Made by a program: the position numbers and the translations under genes. Under the pieces are notes generated by a model. That model had not been told where the DNA came from. It worked only from the letters and a program-made list of their open reading frames with translations, and did not search any database. A DNA stretch of 64,000 nt from Octopus vulgaris (lineage: Eukaryota): the NCBI GenBank assembly GCA_951406725.2, contig OX597836.1:37882001-37946000 (forward strand), in the 5' to 3' direction. Below are positions 63,827 through 64,000 of the stretch, in pieces (the first letter of the stretch is position 1; each line of letters begins with the position of its first letter).

Positions 63827-64000
63827 GATGGAGACAGTGTTATCTAATGATGAGTTTCTCCTATGGAGTAGGGTTGTGAGCGCAAGCATAGCTGGCGGGG
63901 CGGGAGCTACACTTTTAATGGAACACCACTTGTGGGTCTACTGTAGGCAATATGTGTTTTTTGTGGGGGTCTGGGGGCGGCAAACGGAAAGGCTTCCCCA

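Overview
AT-rich eukaryotic intronic or intergenic DNA made almost entirely of transposable elements and microsatellites. The SINE families resemble octopus OR/OK-type tRNA-derived SINEs, so a cephalopod origin is inferred but not verified. No host protein-coding gene is confidently visible. Main contents: a near-complete L1/Tx1-clade LINE (30718-35066; ORF1 remnant, APE-RT-zinc finger ORF2 with one frameshift); two decayed HERO-type and one CRE-type RLE retrotransposon; RTE and CR1-like fragments; several Tc1/mariner relics, one with an 8 x 115-bp internal tandem array; about nine copies of a ~410-bp MITE with 29-bp TIRs and 8-bp TSDs; Helitron/HINE-like elements; dozens of SINEs. Two signals stand out. 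(1) At least six loci in unrelated sequence carry minimal type I hammerhead ribozyme motifs, three inside inverted repeats typical of Penelope-like termini, with a recurrent CCGANNA core variant and one very large stem II insert. (2) A Tx1 LINE and a SINE share a 3' stem-loop tail, and tail-bearing inserts recur at one position in the head of the dominant SINE, with a 17-bp TSD. All calls come from reading the sequence by eye; no searches or folding were run.
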